From Vicinamibacteria bacterium (lineage in GTDB: Bacteria; Acidobacteriota; Vicinamibacteria; Marinacidobacterales; Marinacidobacteraceae), in assembly GCA_963555995.3 (NCBI GenBank), contig OY821641.1, positions 2,624,001 to 2,688,000 of the forward strand: 64,000 bases of DNA. Direction: 5' to 3'. The position numbers were made by a program, and so were the translations under genes. A model generated the notes under the pieces. That model was not told the origin of the DNA and ran no database searches. It worked only from the letters and a program-made list of their open reading frames with translations. Numbering within the stretch: position 1 is the first letter of the stretch; the number at the start of each line of letters is the position of its first letter. This document shows positions 45,266 to 59,218 of the stretch, in pieces.

Positions 45266-45553
45266 TCAGGCCGAAAAGGCCATCGTCACATAGCGCACAA
45301 CCAGACGCGGCCCAATGGGAGGAGCAAGGCGGTTCGACTCCTCGCCGTCGAAGTGAACCGCGAGGGCCTGGCGGAGATTCGTGACCGTTTCGTCCAGTGT
45401 CTTGCCTTGGGTGACGACTCCAACCTCGCGGCATTCGGCAACCAGCCAAGCCTCGCATGCAACGACGTCAGCATGGATGGTCGGGGACGGATTTCCCGCT
45501 TCAACTCGGATCATCTGCATCGGCAGTCTTTCAGTTGGGATCGGGCGTTTCAA
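45266..45553 (-). CDS. HicB-like antitoxin (no adjacent HicA)
   Basis: WLVAECREVGVVTQGKTLDETVTNLRQALAVHF matches the HicB N-terminal pattern. Confidence 0.65.
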   Translation of the reverse strand: MKRPIPTERLPMQMIRVEAGNPSPTIHADVVACEAWLVAECREVGVVTQGKTLDETVTNLRQALAVHFDGEESNRLAPPIGPRLVVRYVTMAFSA

Positions 45554-45573
45554 GTGATGCTGGCGTACCCAGA

Positions 45574-45819
45574 TCAGGCTTCACCAGCCGGAACAGCACA
45601 CGCGTCCGAGCAGAAGGTCCGGCCTTCCCGCACCACCGCCCGTTGCTCCGGGACATGGAGGTCGCACCGTTCGCAGGCCACGACCCGGCCCCGCTCCTCG
45701 GTCCTTCCGGTCCTCGGCGGAGAGACCGGATTCGCGGGCCGCTTGAAGAGGGCGCGGATCAATCCCCACAGGACCCGCACCACCACGAAGGCGAGAAGGA
45801 TCTGGAGGAAGCGGATCAC
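45574..45819 (-). CDS. PP0621-like small membrane protein with Zn-ribbon
   Basis: N-terminal TM; VACERCDLHVP...FCSDAC. Confidence 0.75.
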   Translation of the reverse strand: MIRFLQILLAFVVVRVLWGLIRALFKRPANPVSPPRTGRTEERGRVVACERCDLHVPEQRAVVREGRTFCSDACAVPAGEA

Positions 45820-46035
45820 GGCCGATGCCCGATCTTAGTGGCGGCCCGGCGGCTCATCACGAGCGAGCGCCGGGGCCACCGTCTCGATGTCCCGGATGCC
45901 CACCCCGGCGGATCTCGTCGGCGGTCGCTTCGGGGGAGTCCCGGGTGACGGCGACGGCGCGCGTCCACCGGCACACCCCGCCACGGATGAGAGTGCAGGC
46001 CGGGACGCCGAGGCCCAAGGTGGCGGGGACCGTTT

Positions 46036-46192
46036 GGAACGCCGGCTTCAGCCGGCACAGCCCGCCGCAGGCGGGCGGCGGGACGGACCTCATGCGCCGG
46101 GATGGCTCAGCGGCGCACGCCAACGCATCCGGGGTGGCGTCGTAGTGTCCGCTGCGCTTCGCGCAGCGGGTGCCGGCTGAAGCCGGTGCTCC
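46036..46192. repeat. REPIN-like doublet (spacer S2)
   Basis: GGAACGCCGGCTTCAGCCGGCAC...GTGCCGGCTGAAGCCGGTGCTCC. Confidence 0.85.
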
Positions 46193-46214
46193 AAGCCGGT
46201 GGCGCGGCGAGCCC

Positions 46215-50612
<4,398 letters not shown>

Positions 50613-50915
50613 GGCCCGTAAGGCTGCGTCGTCTTGGTGGGCATGAAGTTCGTCTCAGGGACGCGCGAGGTCACGTCCGTCTCGCGCGTCCAGCGCCGGC
50701 CGGGTCAAGGCCGTCACACGCAGCTCCCCTTTGCGAAGAAACACGCGGAGTCTATCTATTTCGACGAACCGAACATCAATCGTGTTCCCCGATCACGCCG
50801 AGATTTGCTCGAAATTTGGAATATCCGTCGCACATCACGAACGGATAGCGGTAGATACACGAATTCCTGCCGTCAACGGTGACCGCCTCCGTCCCTCTCG
50901 GGGACGGGGGTTCCG

Positions 50916-51509
50916 CTACGGGTGCGCGGAGCGCAGCGACTCGATCTGGGCCCGGAGCGCCGCCGCTTCGGGCGAATCCGGCGCGGCGGCGATGGCCCGC
51001 TCCCACAGCTCGATGCCGGCGGCGAGGTCCTGTTCCAGGAAGAGGCGCACCCGGCCGAGGGCGACCAGGCTCTCCAGGTGCCCGGGGTCTTCCGCCAGCA
51101 CCGCCTCGTAGCCGCTGACCGCCGCCGCCACGTCACCGAGGCCGAGCTGGGCGAACGCGAGGCGGCTGCGGATGTCGAGGTCCGCCGGATCGAGATTGCG
51201 CGCCTGCTGGAGCCAGTACACCGCCTCGCCGAAGTCGAGCGCCTCGAGGTGGAGGTTCCCGACCGCCGCGCGCGCCGCGGGGTCCTCGGGCCGCGCCTCG
51301 ACGTCCGCGAGCCGCGCCTCCAGGAGGCCCGGGTCCACCGGCCGGGGCTCGGGCATGGGAGGCGCCTCGGGAGCGGCCGCCGCCTCGGGCGGCGGGGGTG
51401 CGGGCGGCGCAGCCGGCGGTTCCGGAGATCCGGCGATGAGCCAGCCGACCACCGCCCCGAAGACGAGGCCGGCGCCGAAGAACAGCGCGCGTTCGGAGAG
51501 TTGGTTCAT
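50916..51509 (-). CDS. Membrane-anchored TPR protein
   Basis: N-terminal TM, Pro/Ala linker, TPR-like helices. Confidence 0.8.
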   Translation of the reverse strand: MNQLSERALFFGAGLVFGAVVGWLIAGSPEPPAAPPAPPPPEAAAAPEAPPMPEPRPVDPGLLEARLADVEARPEDPAARAAVGNLHLEALDFGEAVYWLQQARNLDPADLDIRSRLAFAQLGLGDVAAAVSGYEAVLAEDPGHLESLVALGRVRLFLEQDLAAGIELWERAIAAAPDSPEAAALRAQIESLRSAHP

Positions 51510-53030
51510 TCAGGCGCTCGCGCCGGAGCGGCGCGCCTCCAGCAGCGACCGGCCCCCGACGTAGAGGTAGCCGGCCGCGAAGAGAAGCAGGAAGGGGGCC
51601 GAGGCGGCGACGCCTTCGAGGACGGCGTAGAGGGTGGCGGCGGCCATCACGAGGCCCAGGCCGAATTCGAGCGCCGGGATGGCCCCCGCGGGCATCCGGT
51701 AGGTCTTGCTTCGCCAGCCGTCCGCCGTGCGCGCGATGCCGTACTTCGGGGTGCGGACGAAGGGGGTGCGGCGTCCGAGCGCCCCGGCGAGCACGGCGGA
51801 GGCGTTGCTGAAGGAGATCCCGATGCCGACCGCCAGCGCGACCGGAATGCCCCGGACGCGGCGCCAGCGGCCGCCGCGGGTTCCGGCCGGCAGCAGCCGC
51901 CGCAGGCGGCTCTGCGAGAAGGCGTAGAAGGAGACCACGGACACGGTGGCGGCGGCGAAGATGGGGATGTCGAGGAGGGCCATCTCGCGCAGCCCGGTGC
52001 TGACCCGCGCGAAGAGCACCGGCGTCATCAGCAGGCTCAGCGCCGCCATCAGCGGGTAGGCGAGGTTGCTGGTGAGGTGGAAGAACGCTTCCGCCCGCAC
52101 CCGGAACGGCAGCGGCGAGGCCAGGATCTGGGGCAGCAGCTTGCGGGCGGTCTGGAGCGAGCCCTGCGCCCAGCGCCGCTGCTGCGCCTTGAAGGCGTTC
52201 ATGGAGACGGGGAGCTCGGCGGGCGCGGCGATCTCGGGCACGAAGACGAAGCGCCAGCCCCGGAGCTGCGCGCGGTAGGAGAGGTCAAGGTCCTCGGTCA
52301 GGGTATCCCCGGCCCAGCCCCCCGCGTCCTCGATGGCCGCCCGCCGCCAGATCCCGGCGGTGCCGTTGAAGTTGAAGAAGCACTCCGCCACGTGCCGGCC
52401 GCCGTGCTCGGCGATGAAGTGGCCGTCGAGCAGGATCGCCTGGACGTCGGTGAGCAGCGAGTAGTCGCGGTTCAAGTGGTCCCAGCGGGCCTGGACGAGG
52501 CCGGTCCGTTCGTCGGCGAGCAGGTAGGGCAGCGTCTTCTTCAGGAAATCGGGCTCGGGGACGAAGTCGGCGTCGAAGATCGCGACGAACGGGGCGTCGG
52601 AAGCGTCGAGACCCGCTTGCAGGGCGCCCGCCTTGAAGCCTTGGCGGTCCGTGCGGTGGAGGCGGCGAATGTCGAGGCCGGCGGCGGCGCATTCCGCCGC
52701 CACCCGGTCGGCGATCTCCCCGGTGTCGTCGGTGGAGTCGTCGAGCACCTGCACGGCGAGCCGGGACCGGGGGTAGTCGAGGGCGGCCACCGCCCGGATC
52801 AGCCGTTCCACCACGTAGCGCTCGTTGAAGACGGGGAGCTGGAGGAGCACGCGCGGCGGGTCGCTTTCGAGGAGCGGCGCCCCGCGCACCCGCATCGCCT
52901 CCGCCGCCGCCGCGGAGCGGGCGGCGTAGCGGGACAGGCGATAGACGAGGACGTAGCGGTGCGACCCGTAGAGGGAGAGCAGCAGGAGGACCACGAAATA
53001 GGTCGTCAGGACCGCGTCGGCGAAGGGCAA
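51510..53030 (-). CDS. Processive GT2 glycosyltransferase (cellulose synthase-like)
   Basis: QLPVFNE, QVLDDSTD, GFKAGAL, FDADF, LTEDLDLS, QQRRWAQG. TTG start inferred. Confidence 0.9.
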   Translation of the reverse strand: MPFADAVLTTYFVVLLLLSLYGSHRYVLVYRLSRYAARSAAAAEAMRVRGAPLLESDPPRVLLQLPVFNERYVVERLIRAVAALDYPRSRLAVQVLDDSTDDTGEIADRVAAECAAAGLDIRRLHRTDRQGFKAGALQAGLDASDAPFVAIFDADFVPEPDFLKKTLPYLLADERTGLVQARWDHLNRDYSLLTDVQAILLDGHFIAEHGGRHVAECFFNFNGTAGIWRRAAIEDAGGWAGDTLTEDLDLSYRAQLRGWRFVFVPEIAAPAELPVSMNAFKAQQRRWAQGSLQTARKLLPQILASPLPFRVRAEAFFHLTSNLAYPLMAALSLLMTPVLFARVSTGLREMALLDIPIFAAATVSVVSFYAFSQSRLRRLLPAGTRGGRWRRVRGIPVALAVGIGISFSNASAVLAGALGRRTPFVRTPKYGIARTADGWRSKTYRMPAGAIPALEFGLGLVMAAATLYAVLEGVAASAPFLLLFAAGYLYVGGRSLLEARRSGASA

Positions 53031-53081
53031 GGGAGTGGGATTGTGACTCGCCCCGCCAGTGGGAGCGCCCGGAGCGCCGGT

Positions 53082-53275
53082 GGGAGCGCCGGTCTTCAGA
53101 CCGGCACCGCGGGCCAAAGGCCCGCAGACGTTCTACCCCTGTCTTGTCGTGATGGACCAAGAGTCGAACGCCACCACGCCGCGCCGCGCCGCGCCGCGCA
53201 GTGCCGTGCCGTGCCGTGCCGTGCCGTGCGCTGCGCTATCGCGCAGCGCGTGCCGGTCTGGAGACCGGCGCTCCC
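53082..53275. repeat. REPIN-like doublet (spacer S1) with pentamer microsatellites
   Basis: REP at 53082-53107 and inverse at 53250-53275; (CGCCG)4 and (GTGCC)5 inside. Confidence 0.85.
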
Positions 53276-53420
53276 AGCCGGCGGCGCCATCACGGCGCCG
53301 GGGCGACCCGCGGACCTGCATTTTCACGGCGACCGGGTCGGGTGGGTTTCGCAACCGGGAAAGTTTGGTTAGAGTGCGAGTACCGCACGGATACCCACCA
53401 GGCAACCGGAGAGACCGCCG

Positions 53421-54725
53421 ATGATCCGTCAACCGATCAGCGTGGACCAGTCCGACAGGATCGTTCCGATCAACCTTCGCCAGAGCGGTCGGACGCCCGT
53501 GGAGCTGCTCATCTCCACCCGCGTCCGGAAGTCGCCCTACTGGCACCTGTCGCACGAGGCGGGTTGCTGGCGCGCGACGACCTACAACCGCACCTACCAT
53601 CCGCGCGGCTACGTGCGGCCCGAGGACGGCGGGGCCGCGGCCGAGCACGAGGCGCTGACGAAGCACGTCACGCTGTGGAACGTCGCCGTCGAGCGCCAGA
53701 TCCGCGTGCGCGGACCGGACGCCGAGCGGTTCACCGACTTCGTCATCACCCGCGACGCCACCCGCATCAAGCCGATGCGGGGGCGCTACGTCATCCTCTG
53801 CAACGAGCGGGGCGGCATTCTCAACGACCCGGTGCTGCTCCGGCTGTCCGCGGAGGAATTCTGGTTCTCGCTGGCGGACTCCGACCTGCTCTTCTGGCTC
53901 CAGGGCGTCAACGTGGGACTGCGGATGGACGTCGAAATCGAGGAGATTGACGTCTGCCCGGTCCAGATCCAGGGGCCGAAGTCGCCGGCGCTGATGGCCG
54001 ACCTGGTGGGCGACGGAATCCGTCACCTCCCCTACTACGGCATCCTGGCGGCCGAGATCGCGGGCTGTTCGGTGATCGTTTCGCAGTCGGGCTTCTCGGG
54101 CGAGAAGGGCTACGAGATCTACCTGCGGGACGCCACCCTGCACGCCGAGAAGCTGTGGGCCGCGGTCCTCGAGGCCGGCACGGCGCACCAACTCATGGTG
54201 ATCGCCCCCGGACACCAGCGCCGCATCCAGGCGGGCATCCTCTCGTGGGGGCAGGACGCAGACCACGAAACCGTGCCCTTCCAATGCAACATGGGTTACC
54301 AGGTGCCCCGCAAGAAGAAGGCGGACTACATCGGCAAGGCCGCGCTCGAACGGATGCGCGCGGAGATCGAGGCCGGCCGGCCGCCGTTCTCCATGATCCT
54401 GGTGGGCATGAAGCTGGGCGGCAGGCCGATCACGGACTACGCGCCCGATTTCTGGCTGGTCTCCGGGAGCGCCGGGGGCGACCCGATCGGGTATCTGACC
54501 TCGCCCTGGCACGCGCCGGAACTCGGATGCAACATCGCGCTGGGCTACGTACCGGTGGGAATGTCGGCGGTCGGCACGCCGCTCCAGGTGTGGCTGCCGG
54601 ACGAGTACGCGACCGAACCGGGCCGGCCCGACGCCGCCCGGGTGTGCGAGATGCCGTTCCGCGCGTCCGTCAACCCGAGCCAACGCGAGGTGGTGCACGC
54701 GCGGGGAGAGGACGCGGCGATCTAG
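53421..54725 (+). CDS. GcvT-family THF-dependent aminomethyltransferase/demethylase (DmdA-like clade)
   Basis: RVRKSPY, TYN, LWNVAVERQI...GPDA, GGILNDPVLLRL, SLADSD, QIQGPKS, SQSGFSGEKGYEIY. Confidence 0.85.
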   Translation: MIRQPISVDQSDRIVPINLRQSGRTPVELLISTRVRKSPYWHLSHEAGCWRATTYNRTYHPRGYVRPEDGGAAAEHEALTKHVTLWNVAVERQIRVRGPDAERFTDFVITRDATRIKPMRGRYVILCNERGGILNDPVLLRLSAEEFWFSLADSDLLFWLQGVNVGLRMDVEIEEIDVCPVQIQGPKSPALMADLVGDGIRHLPYYGILAAEIAGCSVIVSQSGFSGEKGYEIYLRDATLHAEKLWAAVLEAGTAHQLMVIAPGHQRRIQAGILSWGQDADHETVPFQCNMGYQVPRKKKADYIGKAALERMRAEIEAGRPPFSMILVGMKLGGRPITDYAPDFWLVSGSAGGDPIGYLTSPWHAPELGCNIALGYVPVGMSAVGTPLQVWLPDEYATEPGRPDAARVCEMPFRASVNPSQREVVHARGEDAAI

Positions 54726-54818
54726 CCGTCGGCGGACAACGCGGCCTGAGCACCGCGGCCCCCACCGGCGGACACGGTCTCGGCGAAACGTTGACCGGTG
54801 CAAGCTGCGCCGCCGGCT

Positions 54819-54981
54819 GGGAGCGCCGGTCTTCAGACCGGCACGCGCTGCGCGACGGCGCAGCGCACGGCACAACGCCGACCTGCGCCGTGGCGTTCTG
54901 CTCTCCGTTCATCGCCGCGAACTGCGACACGACATCCGCGGGCCTTCGGCCCGCTGTGCCGGTCTGAAGACCGGCGCTCCC
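54819..54981. repeat. REPIN-like doublet (spacer S1)
   Basis: GGGAGCGCCGGTCTTCAGACCGGCAC and reverse complement, between convergent genes. Confidence 0.85.
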
Positions 54982-55032
54982 AGCCGGCACCATTGTGGCG
55001 CTCCGATGCGGACCGGCTTTGTCCGCAGGCGG

Positions 55033-57585
55033 CTACGTCTTCATCCGGGCGCCGGCCGGGTCGAAGAGCCCCGTGGCGACCGCCGCCACCGTGACCGGGA
55101 AGCACTCGTTCATGTACATGACCTGGAGCCGTTCCCCGACCCGGGCGCGCTCCACCGGCAGGTAGGCCAGCAGCAGGTACCTGCCCACGGACGGCCCCGT
55201 CCCGGCCGAAAGCACGCGGGACTCCCGCCCCAGCGCGTCCACGATGCGGTCCCCGGCGAGCGTCAGGACCGGTTCGTTCCCACCGGCCGGGAAGCGGGCG
55301 ACCCCCGAGGCGCCCCGGTGGTCGTCCATGGTGAGCGTGCAGATCAGCGCCGCCGGCCCCGCTTCGCGGGCCCTGGAATAGGCGGCCTTGCCGATGAAGT
55401 CGGCCCGCTTCATCCGGGGCCGCGCCAACCCGGCCTCCACCGGGGAGTACTCGGACGTGAGCTCGGAGCCGACGAGCAGGTAGCCCTTCTCCATGCGTCC
55501 GGTGACGGCATAGACGCCGATGCCGACGGGCCGCGCATCGAAACCCCGGCCCGCGGCCCGGATCGCGTCCCAAAGCGCCAGCCCGTGCTCCGTCCGCGCG
55601 TAGATCTCCCAGCCGTTCTCGCCCACGTAGGAGATGCGCAGCATCGTGACGGGGATCCCCTGGATCAGCGCGCTCCGCACCGTGCCGTAGGGGAACTCGT
55701 CCTGGCCGAGTCCGATGTCCGTGACCCCGGCGAGCAGGGCCGGCGCGTCGGGGCCCCACACCCCGACGGTGCAGACCGCCGACGTCCGGTCCTCGAACTG
55801 CACCGACCCGTCCGCCGGCAGGTGCTTCTTGAACCAGTAGGCGTCCCGCGCCCCGTCGAAGACCCCGCTCACCACCCGGAACCGGTCCACCGCCAGCCGC
55901 TGGATGGTGAGGTCGGCGCGAAAGCCGCCGTCCGGCGTCAGCAGCGGCGTGTAGATCGCGCTGCCGACCGGGCGCCGGCACAGGTTGACCGTCAACGTCT
56001 CCATGTACGGAACCACCCCCGGCCCGGAGACGTCGAAGATCTGGAACGCGCCCAGGTCCACCAGCCCCACCTTCTCGCGCAGGTGCAGGTGTTCCGCGTT
56101 GATGATCGGCGACCACCAGCGCCGGTCCCACTCGTGCGGGCGGTCCGGGACGGCGTAGCGCGCCACCAGGTCCTCGTTCGAGGCGTACCACTGTGGGCGC
56201 TCCCATCCCCGCGCTTCGTGGAACTCGGCCCCCAGCGCCTCGGTGCGCGGGTGGAACGGCGACCGGTTCACGCCCCGCTCCGACTCCCACTGCTCGCGCG
56301 GATGGACGATTCCGTAGGTCTTGGTGAAGTGCTCGCGGCAGCGCGCCCGGATGTGGCGCCCGGTGCGCTCGTGCGGCTGGAAGCGGGTCACGTCGGAGCC
56401 GTGCGGGTCCAGCAGGCGCGGGTAGCCGTGGGTCATCCACTCGGCGAGGAGGCGGGCCGATCCGGGGCCCTCGCGCACCCAGACCGCCGCCGCCGACCAC
56501 AGGTTGGCCACCTCGGCGGTCTCGCCCAGCACCTGCTGGGTGTCGGGCGTCAGCGAGAGCAGGCCGTTCACGGCGTACTGGATCTCGGCGCCCGCCAGGA
56601 GCTCGCCCATGATCTCGCGCGCCTGTTCGAGTTGCCGCGCGAAGTCCCCGGGCGTGAAGGGCAGCTCGGTGGGGGAACGCTCGGCGTCGGCGATGGACGG
56701 GATGTCGTCGGGGCGGACCAGGATGGGGCGGTGCGCGTAGGAACCCACCTCCATCGCTCCGTGGCTCTGCCGCTCGTACATGAACGAATCCATGTCCCGC
56801 ACGATGGGGTAGCCGATCTCGTTGCCGGTCCCGAGCAGGATGTCCACCGGGCCGAAGTCGGCCATCTGGTGGACGGCCGGCGTGAGCGGGATGGAGGCGC
56901 CCGCCATGGCGGCGAGGCGCGGGCTCCAGACGCCGCCGGCGATGACCACGTGTTCGATCTCGACGGTCCCGCGGTCCGTCGCCACCGCCCGGATGCGCGG
57001 GCGTCCGAAGGGCGCGGGTTCGACTTCCAGGCCGGTCACTTCGGTCTCGTCGAGGACCGTGAGCACGCCGCGCGCCCGGGCCCGCTCCCGCATGATCGTG
57101 CCCGCCCTCACCGAGTCCACGACGGACACGCTCGGGGTGTGGAAGCCGCCGAGGATCACCTCCGGGTTCACGAACGGCGCCTTCGCGGCCACCTGCGCCG
57201 GGGTCAGCAGTTCGCTCTCGATCCCCCACGTGCGCGCCGAGGTCATGCGGCGCCGCAGCTCCTCCATCCGCTCCTCGGTGCGGGCGACCTCGATGCCGCC
57301 GCAGGTGGTGTTGACGCCGAGCGCTTCGTACTGGCGCTGGCTCTCGAGCGTGAGGAGCGCGATCTCGCGGCCGTGATCGGTGGGAAAGATGAAGTTGGAG
57401 GCGTGGCCGGTGGAGCCGCCGGGGTTGGGGAGCGGTCCCTTGTCGAGCAGCAGCAGGTCGTCCCAGCCGAGCCTCGCCAGGTGCTCGACCAGGCAGTTGC
57501 CGACGATGCCGGCGCCGATGACGGCGACCCGGGCGCGGGGGGGAGCGGCGCGGGGAGCGGTCATGCTCGCAGTGCTCGGGGTCAT
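55033..57585 (-). CDS. Dimethylglycine/sarcosine dehydrogenase-like FAD oxidoreductase with GcvT domain
   Basis: VIGAGIVG, GGSTGHASN, GWERPQWY, ADLTIQRL, RISYVGENGWEIY, RMEKGY; ATGA overlap with the upstream gene. Confidence 0.9.
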   Translation of the reverse strand: MTPSTASMTAPRAAPPRARVAVIGAGIVGNCLVEHLARLGWDDLLLLDKGPLPNPGGSTGHASNFIFPTDHGREIALLTLESQRQYEALGVNTTCGGIEVARTEERMEELRRRMTSARTWGIESELLTPAQVAAKAPFVNPEVILGGFHTPSVSVVDSVRAGTIMRERARARGVLTVLDETEVTGLEVEPAPFGRPRIRAVATDRGTVEIEHVVIAGGVWSPRLAAMAGASIPLTPAVHQMADFGPVDILLGTGNEIGYPIVRDMDSFMYERQSHGAMEVGSYAHRPILVRPDDIPSIADAERSPTELPFTPGDFARQLEQAREIMGELLAGAEIQYAVNGLLSLTPDTQQVLGETAEVANLWSAAAVWVREGPGSARLLAEWMTHGYPRLLDPHGSDVTRFQPHERTGRHIRARCREHFTKTYGIVHPREQWESERGVNRSPFHPRTEALGAEFHEARGWERPQWYASNEDLVARYAVPDRPHEWDRRWWSPIINAEHLHLREKVGLVDLGAFQIFDVSGPGVVPYMETLTVNLCRRPVGSAIYTPLLTPDGGFRADLTIQRLAVDRFRVVSGVFDGARDAYWFKKHLPADGSVQFEDRTSAVCTVGVWGPDAPALLAGVTDIGLGQDEFPYGTVRSALIQGIPVTMLRISYVGENGWEIYARTEHGLALWDAIRAAGRGFDARPVGIGVYAVTGRMEKGYLLVGSELTSEYSPVEAGLARPRMKRADFIGKAAYSRAREAGPAALICTLTMDDHRGASGVARFPAGGNEPVLTLAGDRIVDALGRESRVLSAGTGPSVGRYLLLAYLPVERARVGERLQVMYMNECFPVTVAAVATGLFDPAGARMKT

Positions 57586-58502
57586 CTCCTGATTCCTCGT
57601 GGACGCCGCTCCGCCATTCCTCGCGGGTCGGCGGTGCGCAGGTCGGACAGCCAGGCGGCGGTTTCCGCCAGGCCGCCGAAGGTGAACAGGTGGAGGTCCA
57701 CGCCGAACGCGTCCTCGCGGACGGCCCGCTGCCGGGCCAGCCCGAGCGCGACCGGGGTGGGCGACCAGCCGCCCGCCAGCCGGGCGACGCCGGGCTTCCG
57801 CCGCAGCGCCCGGGCGGACCCCGCGACGCCGCAGCGGACGGCGTACTCGATCAGCTTGCGCAGCGGGGCGGGTCCCGGCAGCCCGATGCGGACCGGCAGC
57901 GTGCAGCCGGACTCCCGCGTCCGCGCCAGCCAGGCGAGGGCGGGAGGGGCGGAGAACACGAACTGCGTCACCAACCAGAGCTCCGCACCCGTCGCCCGGG
58001 CGTACTCGGTCTTCCGCCGCAGCGCCTCCTCCAGAGCGGCCGGGCCGACGAGGGGATGCCCCTCCGGATACGAGGTGACGCCGAGCCGCCGGAGGCCGTG
58101 CTCCGCGAGCAGCCCGGAGTCCAGCAGCGCCGGCGCGTCCGGGTACGGGCCGGCGGGCGCGGAGCGGTCTCCGGCCACCAGCAGCAGCGAGTCCGTTCCC
58201 GTCTCCACCAGCGCGGACAGCCAGTCGCGGAGCTCGTCCGGCCCCCGGACCGAGCGCGCGGGCAGGTGCGGCACCGGCCTCATGCCCGCGGCCAGCACCC
58301 GTTCGCAGCCGGCGACCGTGTCCGGCCACCGGCCCGTCGGCGGGAACGGCAGATAGACGGCGGTCCCCCGCGGGAGGTGGCCGGCGAGGACTTCCCGAGC
58401 CGGCAGTTGACGCGCCAGGACCTCGACGGAGGCGCCGAGGGCCAGGTCGCGCAACGCGCGGCCCGACTCCGGATCGTTCACGGATTCGGCATTCTGCCCC
58501 AT
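57582..58502 (-). CDS. metF: Methylenetetrahydrofolate reductase-like protein
   Basis: SVEV, PVPHLPAR, LLVAGD, YPEGHP, LVTQFVF, PVRIGLPGP, HLFTFGG. Confidence 0.8.
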   Translation of the reverse strand: MGQNAESVNDPESGRALRDLALGASVEVLARQLPAREVLAGHLPRGTAVYLPFPPTGRWPDTVAGCERVLAAGMRPVPHLPARSVRGPDELRDWLSALVETGTDSLLLVAGDRSAPAGPYPDAPALLDSGLLAEHGLRRLGVTSYPEGHPLVGPAALEEALRRKTEYARATGAELWLVTQFVFSAPPALAWLARTRESGCTLPVRIGLPGPAPLRKLIEYAVRCGVAGSARALRRKPGVARLAGGWSPTPVALGLARQRAVREDAFGVDLHLFTFGGLAETAAWLSDLRTADPRGMAERRPRGIRR

Positions 58503-59218
58503 GCGGGGGGTTGACGGCGGGCGGCGCCACGCCCGCGGCCCGGTTATCGCGAAAATGCAGCTCCGGCGAGACGCTGGCCCTCGTGATGGCGCCGCCGGCG
58601 GGGAGCGCCGCTCTTCAGAGCGGCACAGCGGGCCGAAGGCCCGCGGATGTCGTGTCGCTGTCTGCGGGGATGAACCGAGAGCAAAGCACCACCGCGCCGC
58701 TCACCGTGGCGCCGTGCGCGGCGCTATCGCGCAGCGCGTGCCGGTCTGAAGACCGGCGCTCCCCGCCAGCGGCGCAACGCCCGCGGCCCGGTTATCGCGA
58801 AATGCAGCTCCTGCGAGACGCTGGCCCTCGTGATGGCGCCGCCGGCTGGGAGCGCCGCTCTTCAGAGCGGCACAGCGGGCCGAAGGCCCGCGGATGTCGG
58901 GTCGCTGTCTGCGGGGATGAACCGAGAGCAGAGCACCACCGCACCGCTCACCGTGGCGCCGTGCGCGGCGCTATCGCGCAGCGCGTGCCGGTCTGAAGAC
59001 CGGCGCTCCCCGCCAGCGGCGCAACGCACGCGGCCCGGTTATCGCGAAAATGCAGCTCCGGCGAGACGCTGGCCCTCGTGATGGCGCCGCCGGTGTCAAG
59101 CGACACCTAGTTTGGCCCAGATAAACGACACCTACTTTGTCACCCTGGAGAGCCTGTTTCGGCGGGGAAGGAGGGACGTTGGGGAGCGCGGCGGGAGCCC
59201 GGAGGGCGACCAGAGCGC

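Noticed and set aside
44781-45458. N-terminal ORF extensions and short ORFs reading WERRSSDRH / WNAGFSRH / CRLKPAFQ
   Set aside because: These are translations of the REP palindromes rather than protein domains; gene starts were trimmed accordingly.
53400-53450. Glycine riboswitch (GGAGAGAC...CGCCGA)
   Set aside because: The GAAGG and CTCTCAGG elements are missing; GGAGAG is adequately explained as the RBS.
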